A DNA stretch of 64,000 bases from positions 160,001 through 224,000 of the forward strand of contig CAVWUU010000004.1 in the NCBI GenBank assembly GCA_963758295.1, given 5' to 3'. Every line of letters starts with the position of its first letter. The stretch's first letter is position 1. Source of the stretch: Candidatus Eremiobacteria bacterium (GTDB lineage Bacteria; Vulcanimicrobiota; Vulcanimicrobiia; Vulcanimicrobiales; Vulcanimicrobiaceae). This document shows positions 49,616 to 59,040 of the stretch, piece by piece. The position numbers and the translations under genes were made by a program. The notes under the pieces are model-generated. The model was not told the DNA's origin, did no database searches, and saw only the letters and a program-made list of their open reading frames with translations.

Positions 49616-51052
49616 CTAGTGCGCCAGATACTCGTACAGGCCGTGAACACCGCCTTCGCGCCCGAATCCCGATTCGCGGTATCCGCCGAAAGGCGAGCTC
49701 GGGTCGAATTGGTTGAACGTGTTACACCAGACGACACCGGCACGCAGCTGCTGCGCTACCCACATGTTCTTGCTGCCTTTATCCGTCCAGATTCCGGCAG
49801 AGAGGCCGTAAGGCGTGTTGTTGGCCTTTTCCACGGCTTCGTCGGGAGTGCGGAACGTGAGAACGGAAAGCACCGGGCCGAAGATTTCCTCGCGCGCGAT
49901 GCGATGCGATTGATGCACGTTCGTGAAGAACGACGCCGGGAAGAAGAAGCCTTTTGACGGCAGCTCGCAAGGCTGTTGCACGAGAACCGCACCTTGCTCT
50001 ACGCCGCTCGCGACGAGTTCCTGAATCTTCTCGAGCTGCGCCCGCGAGTTGATGGCACCGACGTCGGTGTTTTTGTCCATGGGGTCGCCCAGGCGAAGCG
50101 TTTGAAGGCGCTCGGTGAGCCGCACCACGACTTCGTCGTGAACGCGCTCCTCGACCAACAGACGTGATCCGGCGCAGCACACGTGACCTTGATTGAAATA
50201 AATGCCATTCACGACGCCCTCGACCGCTTGATCCATCGGCGCATCGGCAAAAATGATGTGCGCGGCTTTTCCGCCGAGTTCGAGTGTCAGGCGTTTGCGC
50301 GTGCCCGCAAGCTTTCGCGCGATTATTTTGCCAACTTCGGTAGACCCGGTGAACGCGATCTTATCTACGTCGTCATGCTCTACGAGTGCCGCGCCCGTGG
50401 TTCCATCGCCCGTCACGACGTTTACCACGCCGGGCGGAAGATCGGCTTCTTCGATGATTTGCGCCAGCGCAAGCGCAGTAAGGGGCGTCGTCTCGGCCGG
50501 CTTCAACACGACGGTATTGCCGCAGGCAAGGGCCGGCGCGATCTTCCACGCGGCCATGAGGAGCGGGAAATTCCACGGAACGATCTGTCCGCAAACGCCG
50601 ACCGGATTCGCCTGCTCGCCGGCGCGTAAGGCCCACTCCAGTTTATCGGCCCAGCCTGCGTAGTAGAAGAAGTGAGCGGCCGAGGTGGGGATGTCAAAGT
50701 CGCGCGATTCCTTGATCGGTTTGCCGCCGTTCAACGTCTCCAGGACGGCAAGTTCACGACCGCGCTCGGTGATTGCGCGCGCGATGCGGTAAATGTACTT
50801 CGCACGATCTGCCGGTTTGAGTTTGCGCCAGTACTTGTCGTGCGCGCGTCGTGCCGACCGGACGGCGCGGTCCACGTCGGCGGCGTTCCCCTGTGCGACT
50901 AAGGCAAGTTTCTCTTCCGTTGCCGGATTCACGGTGTCGAAGTAACGCGAATCCGCCGGCGCGCTCCAGTGCCCGTCGATGAAAAGACCGTACTGCTCGC
51001 GAATGCGCGGTCGGAGGCTTTCCGGTGCCGGCGCGTAGTCGAAGATGGCCAT
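49616..51052 (-). CDS. Aldehyde dehydrogenase (deoC-associated)
   Basis: MAIFDYAPAPES, PWNFP, FTGST, LELGGK, GHVCCAG, EEIFGP. Confidence 0.93.
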   Translation of the reverse strand: MAIFDYAPAPESLRPRIREQYGLFIDGHWSAPADSRYFDTVNPATEEKLALVAQGNAADVDRAVRSARRAHDKYWRKLKPADRAKYIYRIARAITERGRELAVLETLNGGKPIKESRDFDIPTSAAHFFYYAGWADKLEWALRAGEQANPVGVCGQIVPWNFPLLMAAWKIAPALACGNTVVLKPAETTPLTALALAQIIEEADLPPGVVNVVTGDGTTGAALVEHDDVDKIAFTGSTEVGKIIARKLAGTRKRLTLELGGKAAHIIFADAPMDQAVEGVVNGIYFNQGHVCCAGSRLLVEERVHDEVVVRLTERLQTLRLGDPMDKNTDVGAINSRAQLEKIQELVASGVEQGAVLVQQPCELPSKGFFFPASFFTNVHQSHRIAREEIFGPVLSVLTFRTPDEAVEKANNTPYGLSAGIWTDKGSKNMWVAQQLRAGVVWCNTFNQFDPSSPFGGYRESGFGREGGVHGLYEYLAH

Positions 51053-51063
51053 CGCGTTTCTCT

Positions 51064-51963
51064 TCAATCCTTTGGAATGTAGTCGGCGCCCGCGTAATGC
51101 CCGGTAGCCTGTTTCTCGAGTTGCATCAACAGATCGTCGAGCAGCGAGCTCGCGCCGATGCGAAAGAGATCGGGAGTAAGCCACGCGTCGCCGAGCGTTT
51201 CCTTGACGATGACGAGGTACGTTAGTGCTTGTTTCGTGGTGCGAACGCCGCCGGCGACTTTCAGCCCGCGGCGCTGCCCCGTGCGGCGATAGAAGTCTCG
51301 AAGCGCTTCGCACATGACGAGCGCGGTGGGGAACGTCGCGTTCGTTCCCACCTTACCGGTCGAAGTCTTTATGACGTCCGCACCCGCTTCGAGCGCCAAA
51401 TCGGCGGCGCGCCGGATATTGTCGTACGTGAAGAGTTCGCCCGTCTCAAGAATGACTTTCAAGTGGACGGCTCCGCAAAGTTCTTTCACCGCAACGATCT
51501 CGTTGAAGACGGCGTTCTCGCGGCCTTCCAGAAATGCTCCGCGGTCGATGACCATATCGATTTCGTCGGCACCCGAGGCGATGGCGGCGGCGGTATCCGC
51601 GAGCTTTACTTCCAGACTCGAGAGTCCACTTGGAAATGCGGTAGCTACCGAAGCGACTTTAACGCCGGAACCGCGAAGCGCGTCCTTTGCAACCGTGACG
51701 AGGTTGGGATAAACGCAGACGGCGGCGACACTCGGAACGTTAGGCCACGAGGGACGCGGCGCGATCGCTTTCGCGCAGAGCGAGCGCACGCGGCCTTCGG
51801 AGTCTTTTCCTTCAAGCGTCGTCAGGTCCGTGCACCGGATCGAAAGCGCGATGCCTTCGAGTTTCGCCTCGCTTTTGATGGACCGTTTGGAAAGCGCGGA
51901 AGCCCGCGTTTCCAGCATCACCGCGTCGATAGTCGGTGATGGCCGGAGAAGAGTCGGCGTCAT
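51064..51963 (-). CDS. deoC: Deoxyribose-phosphate aldolase
   Basis: DLTTLEG.D, AVCVYP, FPSG, EIDMV, LKVILETGEL, IKTSTGK, K.AGG, RIGAS. Confidence 0.95.
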   Translation of the reverse strand: MTPTLLRPSPTIDAVMLETRASALSKRSIKSEAKLEGIALSIRCTDLTTLEGKDSEGRVRSLCAKAIAPRPSWPNVPSVAAVCVYPNLVTVAKDALRGSGVKVASVATAFPSGLSSLEVKLADTAAAIASGADEIDMVIDRGAFLEGRENAVFNEIVAVKELCGAVHLKVILETGELFTYDNIRRAADLALEAGADVIKTSTGKVGTNATFPTALVMCEALRDFYRRTGQRRGLKVAGGVRTTKQALTYLVIVKETLGDAWLTPDLFRIGASSLLDDLLMQLEKQATGHYAGADYIPKD

Positions 51964-53079
51964 CTACAGCGTGCCGCGTTTCTCTTGCTCTTTTTCGATC
52001 GAGACGAAAAGTGCTTTGAAATTGCCTTTGCCGAACGAAAGGCTGCCCTTGCGCTGAATAATTTCGAAAAAGACCGTCGGCCGGTCCTGAAGCGGCTTCG
52101 TGAAGATCTGCAGCATGTAGCCGAGATCGTCGCGATCGACGAGGATGCGGCGTTGGCGAAGAACGTCGAGCGCTTCGTCGATTTTGCCGACGCGCTCCGC
52201 GAGCATCTCGTAATACGAATCGGGCGTGTCGAGAAACTCGACGCCGTTACTACGCAGGGCGTCGATCGTTGCGACGATGTCGTCGGTGCGGATGGCGATG
52301 TGCTGCACGCCGGCGCCGCGGTAGAAGTCGAGGTATTCCTCGATCTGCGATTTCTTCTTGCCTTCGGCCGGCTCGTTGATCGGAAACTTCACCTGATGCC
52401 GCGAATCCGTCATGACTTTGGATTTCAGCGCGGTGTACTCGGTGGAAATATCTTTGTCGTCGAACGAAACGAGTTGCGAGAATCCGAAAACCTTCGCGTA
52501 GAACTCGCCCCACGCGTCCATTTCTCCCCAGCCGACGTTCCCGACGCAGTGATCGATGAACTGAAGTTCCGGCTTCTTGCTTCCGGAAACTGATTTGCGC
52601 TCTTCGACGTAGCCGGGCATGAATGCACCTTTGTAGCCGTCGCGCTGAACGAAGCTATGGACGGTATCGCCGTAGGTGGCGATCGTCGCTTTGAGCACCC
52701 GGCCGTGCTGATCTTTTTGCTCGGTGGGAGGCATGACCGATTTTGCTCCGCCGGTGATAGCCATGTCGTACGCCGCTTTCACGTCGTCGACGAGGATGGC
52801 GATATCTTTCACGCCGTCGCCATGCAGCATCACGTGCCTGCTGATTTCATCGTCGGGCACGAGGCTGGCGGTGATGACAAAGCGCAGCTTGTTCTGCTGG
52901 AGCACGTAACTAGCACGGCCGTACACGCCCGTCTCCGGGCCGGCATAGGCCACTTGGTCGAAACCAAACGCAGACATGTAATAGTGCGCCGCCTGTTTGG
53001 CGTTGCCGACGTAAAACTCGACGTAATCCCAATCGATCCGCGAAAGCGGATTGCTGCGTGCCTCGGTCATGGTGCTCAT
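51964..53079 (-). CDS. hppD: 4-hydroxyphenylpyruvate dioxygenase
   Basis: IDHCVGN, KFPINEP, SQIEEYL, GVQHIA, LQIFTKP, FGKGNFKALF. Confidence 0.96.
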   Translation of the reverse strand: MSTMTEARSNPLSRIDWDYVEFYVGNAKQAAHYYMSAFGFDQVAYAGPETGVYGRASYVLQQNKLRFVITASLVPDDEISRHVMLHGDGVKDIAILVDDVKAAYDMAITGGAKSVMPPTEQKDQHGRVLKATIATYGDTVHSFVQRDGYKGAFMPGYVEERKSVSGSKKPELQFIDHCVGNVGWGEMDAWGEFYAKVFGFSQLVSFDDKDISTEYTALKSKVMTDSRHQVKFPINEPAEGKKKSQIEEYLDFYRGAGVQHIAIRTDDIVATIDALRSNGVEFLDTPDSYYEMLAERVGKIDEALDVLRQRRILVDRDDLGYMLQIFTKPLQDRPTVFFEIIQRKGSLSFGKGNFKALFVSIEKEQEKRGTL

Positions 53080-53209
53080 GGCCGTTGGCTTGGCGAAGCG
53101 TCCGGGGGTGCCCTGTTGGCAGGTGGGCACAAAGGCTCGGTGCTTCCCCTATCCCGTGCCGCAGAGCGGTGTTACCATCGCTGTGTCAGCGCCCGAAAGC
53201 GAGGTTGCT

Positions 53210-54619
53210 ATGAACCCTGTGCGCGCTTTGACACTCGCCTTTTGTGCGGCGCTCCTCTCGGCTTGCGGCCGGATGCAGCCGCCTGCAACGCCGGCCGTGC
53301 CGAATGACGCCGCTGCCGCACAAAGCGCGATGATGGTGAATGATGCTTTGCCCCAGCTCGCGCCGGCTTTAAGTACGCCCATCGGCGTTAGCACGACCGG
53401 CCGTGTCGGCGTCGCACACGTCTTCGACCAAGGAATCACCGAAGCCGAGATTGCCGCGGACAAAAATCGCTATAACGTCGAGTGGGGCACGGCGATTCCG
53501 GCGGTGTGGAGAGCCGCCGACCCGGCGGCATGGGTTTCGCGATACTACATCTTAAACGAGGACAATGTCGGAATCTCGGGCCGCGGTCTTCCGTATTGGC
53601 AACAGTTCCGCGGCAGGCCGGATCTCATACCGGGCAGTTGGATTCTCTACGCATGCACGCCGGGCGGCGTCGGCACGCGGCAAATCGCCTACACGCCCGG
53701 GACCGGAAGTACGGTTGCGCCTTCCGGACTGGCGGACGTCCCTTTGGATATCCACAATCCGTACGTCCGAGACTATCAAATTCTCTCCCTCGTGAATTAC
53801 GCGATCGCGCATCACTATAATGCGATCGGCGTCGACGAAGTGCTGCTCTTCAACGTTTTGCGCGGCGGAAATCCGCACTTCGGGCAGCAGGTAATCACCG
53901 GGTACTACGGTTGCGGAATCTGGCAGGGAAACACGTTCGTCCGCCATTACGCCAGTCCAATCGACCCGGTATGGGCGGCCGACGTGATCGCGTGGATCGC
54001 GCGCGCCCACCAGCTTCTGACTACTACGTTCGCTACGTCGCACATTGCATTAATCGTAAATCATCCGGCTGCCGCGCTTAGCGCAAGCGAAGAAAGCCTT
54101 CTCGTAAACGTCAACATCGCGCTAAACGAAACGGGCTATTCATCGTACGGAACGTACAATCAGCCGTATCAAGCCGGCCTTTTCAGGACGACGCAGGCGT
54201 GGACGCGCTGGGCTCAGCTGCACGGCGTTCGAATCGTTACGATAGACAAGTTTGCGTTCACCCCCAGCATTTCGACGGCGCAACGCGATCTATCGCTTGC
54301 CACGTACTTCATGGGAAACTTCGGAGCCGAAGACCTCGTCGTCACGGGCGCTCACTATACGACGCAGCCATACTATGCCGAATTCGCGACGGTAATGGGT
54401 GCGGCGTGCGGGGAGATGTACCGCGACGTCAGCAGCACGAACATTTACTTGCGGCGCTTCGCAAACGGCATTGCGGTGGTGAATGCGGGGTTCACGCCGC
54501 AGACGGCGCATTTGCCGGCGCACGTTTATCATGACGTGCTCGGCCGTACTTTCGTCAATCCGGTGCCGGCAAGCGATGCCAACATGATGAGCACGACCAT
54601 CGGGACGGGCTGCCGCTAG
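53210..54619 (+). CDS. Hypothetical lipoprotein, possibly glycoside-hydrolase-like
   Basis: Lipobox LLSACG; aromatic-rich; YNAIGVDE, NETG, YLRRFANGIAVVN. Confidence 0.6.
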   Translation: MNPVRALTLAFCAALLSACGRMQPPATPAVPNDAAAAQSAMMVNDALPQLAPALSTPIGVSTTGRVGVAHVFDQGITEAEIAADKNRYNVEWGTAIPAVWRAADPAAWVSRYYILNEDNVGISGRGLPYWQQFRGRPDLIPGSWILYACTPGGVGTRQIAYTPGTGSTVAPSGLADVPLDIHNPYVRDYQILSLVNYAIAHHYNAIGVDEVLLFNVLRGGNPHFGQQVITGYYGCGIWQGNTFVRHYASPIDPVWAADVIAWIARAHQLLTTTFATSHIALIVNHPAAALSASEESLLVNVNIALNETGYSSYGTYNQPYQAGLFRTTQAWTRWAQLHGVRIVTIDKFAFTPSISTAQRDLSLATYFMGNFGAEDLVVTGAHYTTQPYYAEFATVMGAACGEMYRDVSSTNIYLRRFANGIAVVNAGFTPQTAHLPAHVYHDVLGRTFVNPVPASDANMMSTTIGTGCR

Positions 54620-54656
54620 GCAAAGCGTCTCGGGGACCCTCGTTGAATGGGCGGGC

Positions 54657-56270
54657 ATGGACGCTGCAACGAGGCTCGTCGCCGACGTGACCATGGCAAC
54701 GGTGACCGCCGCCGCCGGCGGCGTTGCCATGCGCGCGATTCGCATTCCGCCGGTTGCCGGCTACCTGCTCGCGGGACTTCTCATCGGGCCGTTCACCGGC
54801 GGCTACATCGCCGACACGGCAAGTTTGTCGGGACTCGGCGAAGTCGGGCTTATTTTTCTCGTCTTTACGCTCGGCCTGGACTTTTCGCCGCGCGAGCTGC
54901 GCGAGATCGGCGCGCGCGCCCTGGTTGCAAACGTCGCCGTGATGGCGGTGATCGGCGCTGTCTCATGGCTGTTAGCCATGCGGCTCGGTGCCGTCCATCC
55001 TATAACGTTCGGCTTGGTCGTGCCGCTCTCGAGTACTGCGATCGGCGTCGCCTTGCTGCGTGCGATGAATGTTGCGGGCGGCCCGCTTGGACGCATTGCC
55101 GTGACGATGTTGGTGAGCCAGGATCTCCTCGCCGTCATTGCGCTTGTTCTTGTGTCCGCTCCGAAAGAAGCGCTGACGGTCGCCGGACTCGGCATTGCCG
55201 TGGTGAAGGGCGTCGCTTTCGTCGTGGTCGCTTTGGTCTTCGGCGCAACGATTTTGCAGCGCGCGGTGCGGGCCGCGATCGTGCGCGTCCCGGCAGAGCT
55301 TCTGATCCCGTGTTTTATCGCGCTTGCGCTTGCAGCGGCTTGGCTTGGGCATTTCGCGGGCCTCTCGCTGGAATTCGGCGCGTTCCTCGCCGGTGCGGTG
55401 ATTTCCGAAGCGGCCGGAAGCCGCACGGCGCACGCGATCGTTGCGCCGTTTCGCGAACTCTTCGTAATGCTGTTCTTCGTTTCGCTCGGGATGCTGTTGG
55501 ACGTTCGCGCCGTCGGAAACTCGTGGAGCGCGATCGTCTTCGCCGCGATCGCGCTTATCGTGACGCGCAGCGCGCTGTGGACGTTCGCCGGCCGCTTTTT
55601 GCGTCTGCGTCCGAGCGCCGCTTTGGCGCTTGCCTGCGCGATGGTTCCTCTTGGCGAATTCAACATGGTTTTGGCAAGCGCAGCGCTCGCCGCTCGCCGG
55701 CTCTCGTCGACGGAATTTGCGATCGTCGTAGGCACGACGTTCGTAACGATTGTCGTATCGGCGGGCGCATCACCGGCGTTTCGCGGAAGGATCGATGAAA
55801 GAACCGATACGCGAGGGCACGTCGCGTCGTCGGGAGCGAGCTCGGACGCGGTGATCATCGGCTACGGACGCGTGGGCGAAGTGACGGCGAAGCTCTTGAT
55901 GCGCGCGCAGCGTTCGGTCCTCGTAATAGAATCCGACGCGCAAAAATGCGAGCGGGCGCGCGCGTTCGGAATGCAAGCGATCGCGGCCGACGGCGGCGAT
56001 CCGCTCGTGCTCGACACCGCCATCGGTCCCCGGACGGAATTGGTCGTGACGACCGTTCCAAACACGCACGTGAATGCCGCCATCGTGAAGCGTTTGCGAG
56101 GACGCGGAATAGCGACCGTCGCGCGTGCCGTTACCGCCGCCGACGTTGAAGTGTTGCGCACGGCCGGTGCGGACGAAGCGCTTTCACCCGAGGCCGAAGG
56201 AGCGCTCGATCTGGGGCGTGCCGCATTGCGGGCAATCGACATCTCGGAAGACACGCTGGCCCCGGCATGA
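54657..56270 (+). CDS. CPA2 cation:proton antiporter with TrkA-N (KTN) domain
   Basis: GYLLAG..IGP, LSSTA, QDL, GAFLAG, GEF, IIGYGRVG. Confidence 0.9.
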   Translation: MDAATRLVADVTMATVTAAAGGVAMRAIRIPPVAGYLLAGLLIGPFTGGYIADTASLSGLGEVGLIFLVFTLGLDFSPRELREIGARALVANVAVMAVIGAVSWLLAMRLGAVHPITFGLVVPLSSTAIGVALLRAMNVAGGPLGRIAVTMLVSQDLLAVIALVLVSAPKEALTVAGLGIAVVKGVAFVVVALVFGATILQRAVRAAIVRVPAELLIPCFIALALAAAWLGHFAGLSLEFGAFLAGAVISEAAGSRTAHAIVAPFRELFVMLFFVSLGMLLDVRAVGNSWSAIVFAAIALIVTRSALWTFAGRFLRLRPSAALALACAMVPLGEFNMVLASAALAARRLSSTEFAIVVGTTFVTIVVSAGASPAFRGRIDERTDTRGHVASSGASSDAVIIGYGRVGEVTAKLLMRAQRSVLVIESDAQKCERARAFGMQAIAADGGDPLVLDTAIGPRTELVVTTVPNTHVNAAIVKRLRGRGIATVARAVTAADVEVLRTAGADEALSPEAEGALDLGRAALRAIDISEDTLAPA

Positions 56271-56301
56271 ACGTCCGCATCGCGTCCGGAAAGACGGCCC
56301 G

Positions 56302-57234
56302 GTGAGCGCTTCGACCCTTTTGCCTTCCGTCCGCACGGCTCTCTTGGGACTGATCGACTACGCGGGCCTTTTTCCGCCCGCGAAACTAGAGATGCGTCCG
56401 TCCGTCGAGGAGTATGCCGGCGCGCGCGCGGGCCGGCATGCGTGGATGCTCGGGCGCTTCATCGTCCCGGCTTCGCGGCTGAAAGAGCTTCACGCTACGG
56501 AGGCCGGATCGGACATCGCTCTCTCCGTCATCGTTGACGCGCACGCCGATCCGCACGCGTGGTTCAATTCCGCAAATGCGCTCTTTGCTGATCTTGGGGC
56601 CCGCCGTTCCACCGGAGCGCGCATCGAAGCCTTGGAAGTTCCGCTTCCGAGATTGGCGACGAAACGCGAAACGTACGACGCGTCGATCGGTCAATGTGCG
56701 ATGCTGGCAGAGCGGTCGGGATTGCGCGACTTACCAATGTACGTAGAGATTCCACGCGATGAACGATACCTGGAATTGTTGTCCGGTGCCTTCAGCGCGC
56801 TTTCGCGATATCGCCTCGGGGCAAAGATTCGCTGCGGCGGCGTGGTCCTCGAGGCGTTTCCAAACGAGGAAGAAGTGGCCACGTTTCTCGCCGGAACAGC
56901 GGCGGAAAACATTCCGTTCAAAGCCACTGCCGGCTTGCATCATCCGATCCGGCACACCAACGAAGCGACGAAATTTCCGATGCACGGATTTTTGAATTTG
57001 CTGGCGGCTTCGATGTTCGCTCGTAACGCCGACATCGAGCTGCTGCGCGCGGTTCTTGCGGAGCAAACGCCGTCGGCATTTCAGTTTAGCGACCGGGGTT
57101 TCGCCTGGCGCGATCACAACGCCGGCCCGGAGCAGATTGCCGCTGCGCGCGAACACGCTTTCGTCGGATACGGAAGTTGCAGTTTCTCGGAACCGGTTGC
57201 CGATCTTATCGCACTCGAAATTCTCCCGAAGTAA
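56302..57234 (+). CDS. Conserved hypothetical protein coupled to fahA
   Basis: LIDYAGLFPPA, GAKIRCGG, PFKATAGLHHP, MHGFLN, GSCSFSEP; stop 4 nt before fahA. Confidence 0.75.
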   Translation: MSASTLLPSVRTALLGLIDYAGLFPPAKLEMRPSVEEYAGARAGRHAWMLGRFIVPASRLKELHATEAGSDIALSVIVDAHADPHAWFNSANALFADLGARRSTGARIEALEVPLPRLATKRETYDASIGQCAMLAERSGLRDLPMYVEIPRDERYLELLSGAFSALSRYRLGAKIRCGGVVLEAFPNEEEVATFLAGTAAENIPFKATAGLHHPIRHTNEATKFPMHGFLNLLAASMFARNADIELLRAVLAEQTPSAFQFSDRGFAWRDHNAGPEQIAAAREHAFVGYGSCSFSEPVADLIALEILPK

Positions 57235-57238
57235 GGAC

Positions 57239-58507
57239 ATGGCGAAGAGTTCTTGGATTCCCGTGAAGCCCGGCAGCGACTTCACGATTCACAATTTGCC
57301 CTATGGAGCGTTTCACCGGAACGGAACCGTGCATCTTGGCGTAGCCATTGGGGAACGAATTCTCGATTTGCGCGAAGCGGCGGAAGCGGGGCTGTTCGAT
57401 GGTGTTTGCGATCGCGCGTTGCTGCAGGCGACAGGATTAAATCCCCTATTGGCCGCGGGCCGCGAGGTGTGGACGAAGGTGCGCGCGCGCCTTATCGAGT
57501 TATTGAGCGACGGCGGCGACACCGCGTTGCGAGCACTCGGCGGCGAGAAGGTCTTCGTCGAGCAGAACGACGTTCGGATGGCGATGCCCATGTCCGTCGG
57601 TGATTACGTAGACTTTTATTCCTCGCTCGAACACGCATCGAATCTCGGCAAACTGTTTCGTCCGCAGGCCGAGCCGTTGTTGCCAAACTGGCGCTGGATC
57701 CCAATCGGTTATCACGGCCGCTCGAGCACGATCGTGGTCGACGGAACGCCGGTCGTGCGTCCGAAGGGACAGCGCAAACCGCCCGATGCCGATGCGCCGG
57801 CATTCGGCCCCAGCGTACGGTTGGACATCGAACTTGAAATGGGGTTCGTTACGGGACCCGGAAACGCCATGGGCGAGCCGATTCCGATTTCGCGTGCGCG
57901 CGACCACGTTTTCGGGATGGTGCTCGTGAACGATTGGAGTGCACGAGACATTCAGGCGTGGGAGTATCAGCCGCTGGGACCGTTTCTCGGCAAGTCGTTT
58001 GCGACGACCATCTCGCCGTGGATCGTTACGATGGATGCACTCGAGCCATTTCGCATCGCGGGGCCGAAACAGGAGCCGGCGCCGCTCGAGTACCTGCACA
58101 CCGATGAGCCTTGGTCGTTCGCGATCCGGCTCGAGGTCGATCTGCAGACGAAGAAGATGCGCGAAGCCGGCATTGCGCCGGCAACCGTTTCGCGCACGTC
58201 GTTCAAAGACATGTACTGGAACGTCGCTCAACAGCTTGCGCACGTTACCGTGAACGGCACGGCGGTGCGCCCCGGCGATCTCTACGCGTCCGGAACGATC
58301 AGCGGCCCCACACCCGATAGCCTAGGAAGTTTCATCGAAATGACGTGGAACGGTGCGCGGCCGATCGCATTGCCCGGCGGCGAGGAACGCGCGTTTCTCC
58401 AAGACGGTGACGAAGTGACATTGCGCGGCTGGTGCGGCGACGGCGGAACGCGCGTCGGCTTCGGCACAGCGCGGGGAACGATTGTTCGCGAGCGTTCTAA
58501 CGCTTAG
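57239..58507 (+). CDS. fahA: Fumarylacetoacetase
   Basis: NLPYG, DYVDFYSS..HA, GYHGRSS, LDIELE, NDWSARDIQ.WEY.PLGPF, SGTISG. Confidence 0.96.
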   Translation: MAKSSWIPVKPGSDFTIHNLPYGAFHRNGTVHLGVAIGERILDLREAAEAGLFDGVCDRALLQATGLNPLLAAGREVWTKVRARLIELLSDGGDTALRALGGEKVFVEQNDVRMAMPMSVGDYVDFYSSLEHASNLGKLFRPQAEPLLPNWRWIPIGYHGRSSTIVVDGTPVVRPKGQRKPPDADAPAFGPSVRLDIELEMGFVTGPGNAMGEPIPISRARDHVFGMVLVNDWSARDIQAWEYQPLGPFLGKSFATTISPWIVTMDALEPFRIAGPKQEPAPLEYLHTDEPWSFAIRLEVDLQTKKMREAGIAPATVSRTSFKDMYWNVAQQLAHVTVNGTAVRPGDLYASGTISGPTPDSLGSFIEMTWNGARPIALPGGEERAFLQDGDEVTLRGWCGDGGTRVGFGTARGTIVRERSNA

Positions 58508-59040
58508 CTCGCACCATCACGGTGGAAGAGCATTGCGCTTGACCCCTTGTAAAGCGCGTCGGTCCAAAACCGGTAGCCGCATTTTTCCGCTACCCGAATT
58601 GAGGCTGCGTTTTCCGGCGAGATCATGCACGCCGTCCTTCGCGACGGCAGGTGTTCGTCGCCCCACTTTACGGCGGCAAGAACCGCTTCGGTCCCATAGC
58701 CTTTGCCGTGCGCGTGCGGCGCGAGCGCCCACCCGATTTCCGGAATGCCGTCGAGCGAAGGTTCGATTTGCCGGTGGTAATCCGCGAAGCCGAGTTCCCC
58801 GATAAAACGCCCGGAATCGCGCTCTTCGATCGCCCAATAGCCGAAATCGAGCATCGCCCAATGTCCCGGGTAGCGCAGAAGACGTCCCCACACTTCTTCG
58901 GGCGTCGACGGGCGGCCGCCGATATAGCGCGTGACCTCCGGGTCAGCCCACATTGCGGCGCACGCATCAAAGTCGCTTAGCGTGTGGGCGCGAAGAAGTA
59001 GCCGCGGCGTTCGAACTTTCGGGGCAGTGGTCATGGTCAC
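58504..59040 (-). CDS. RimJ/RimL-type GNAT acetyltransferase
   Basis: TPRLLLR, EIGW, GKGYGTEA, N.AS.RVAEKCG. Confidence 0.88.
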   Translation of the reverse strand: MTMTTAPKVRTPRLLLRAHTLSDFDACAAMWADPEVTRYIGGRPSTPEEVWGRLLRYPGHWAMLDFGYWAIEERDSGRFIGELGFADYHRQIEPSLDGIPEIGWALAPHAHGKGYGTEAVLAAVKWGDEHLPSRRTACMISPENAASIRVAEKCGYRFWTDALYKGSSAMLFHRDGAS

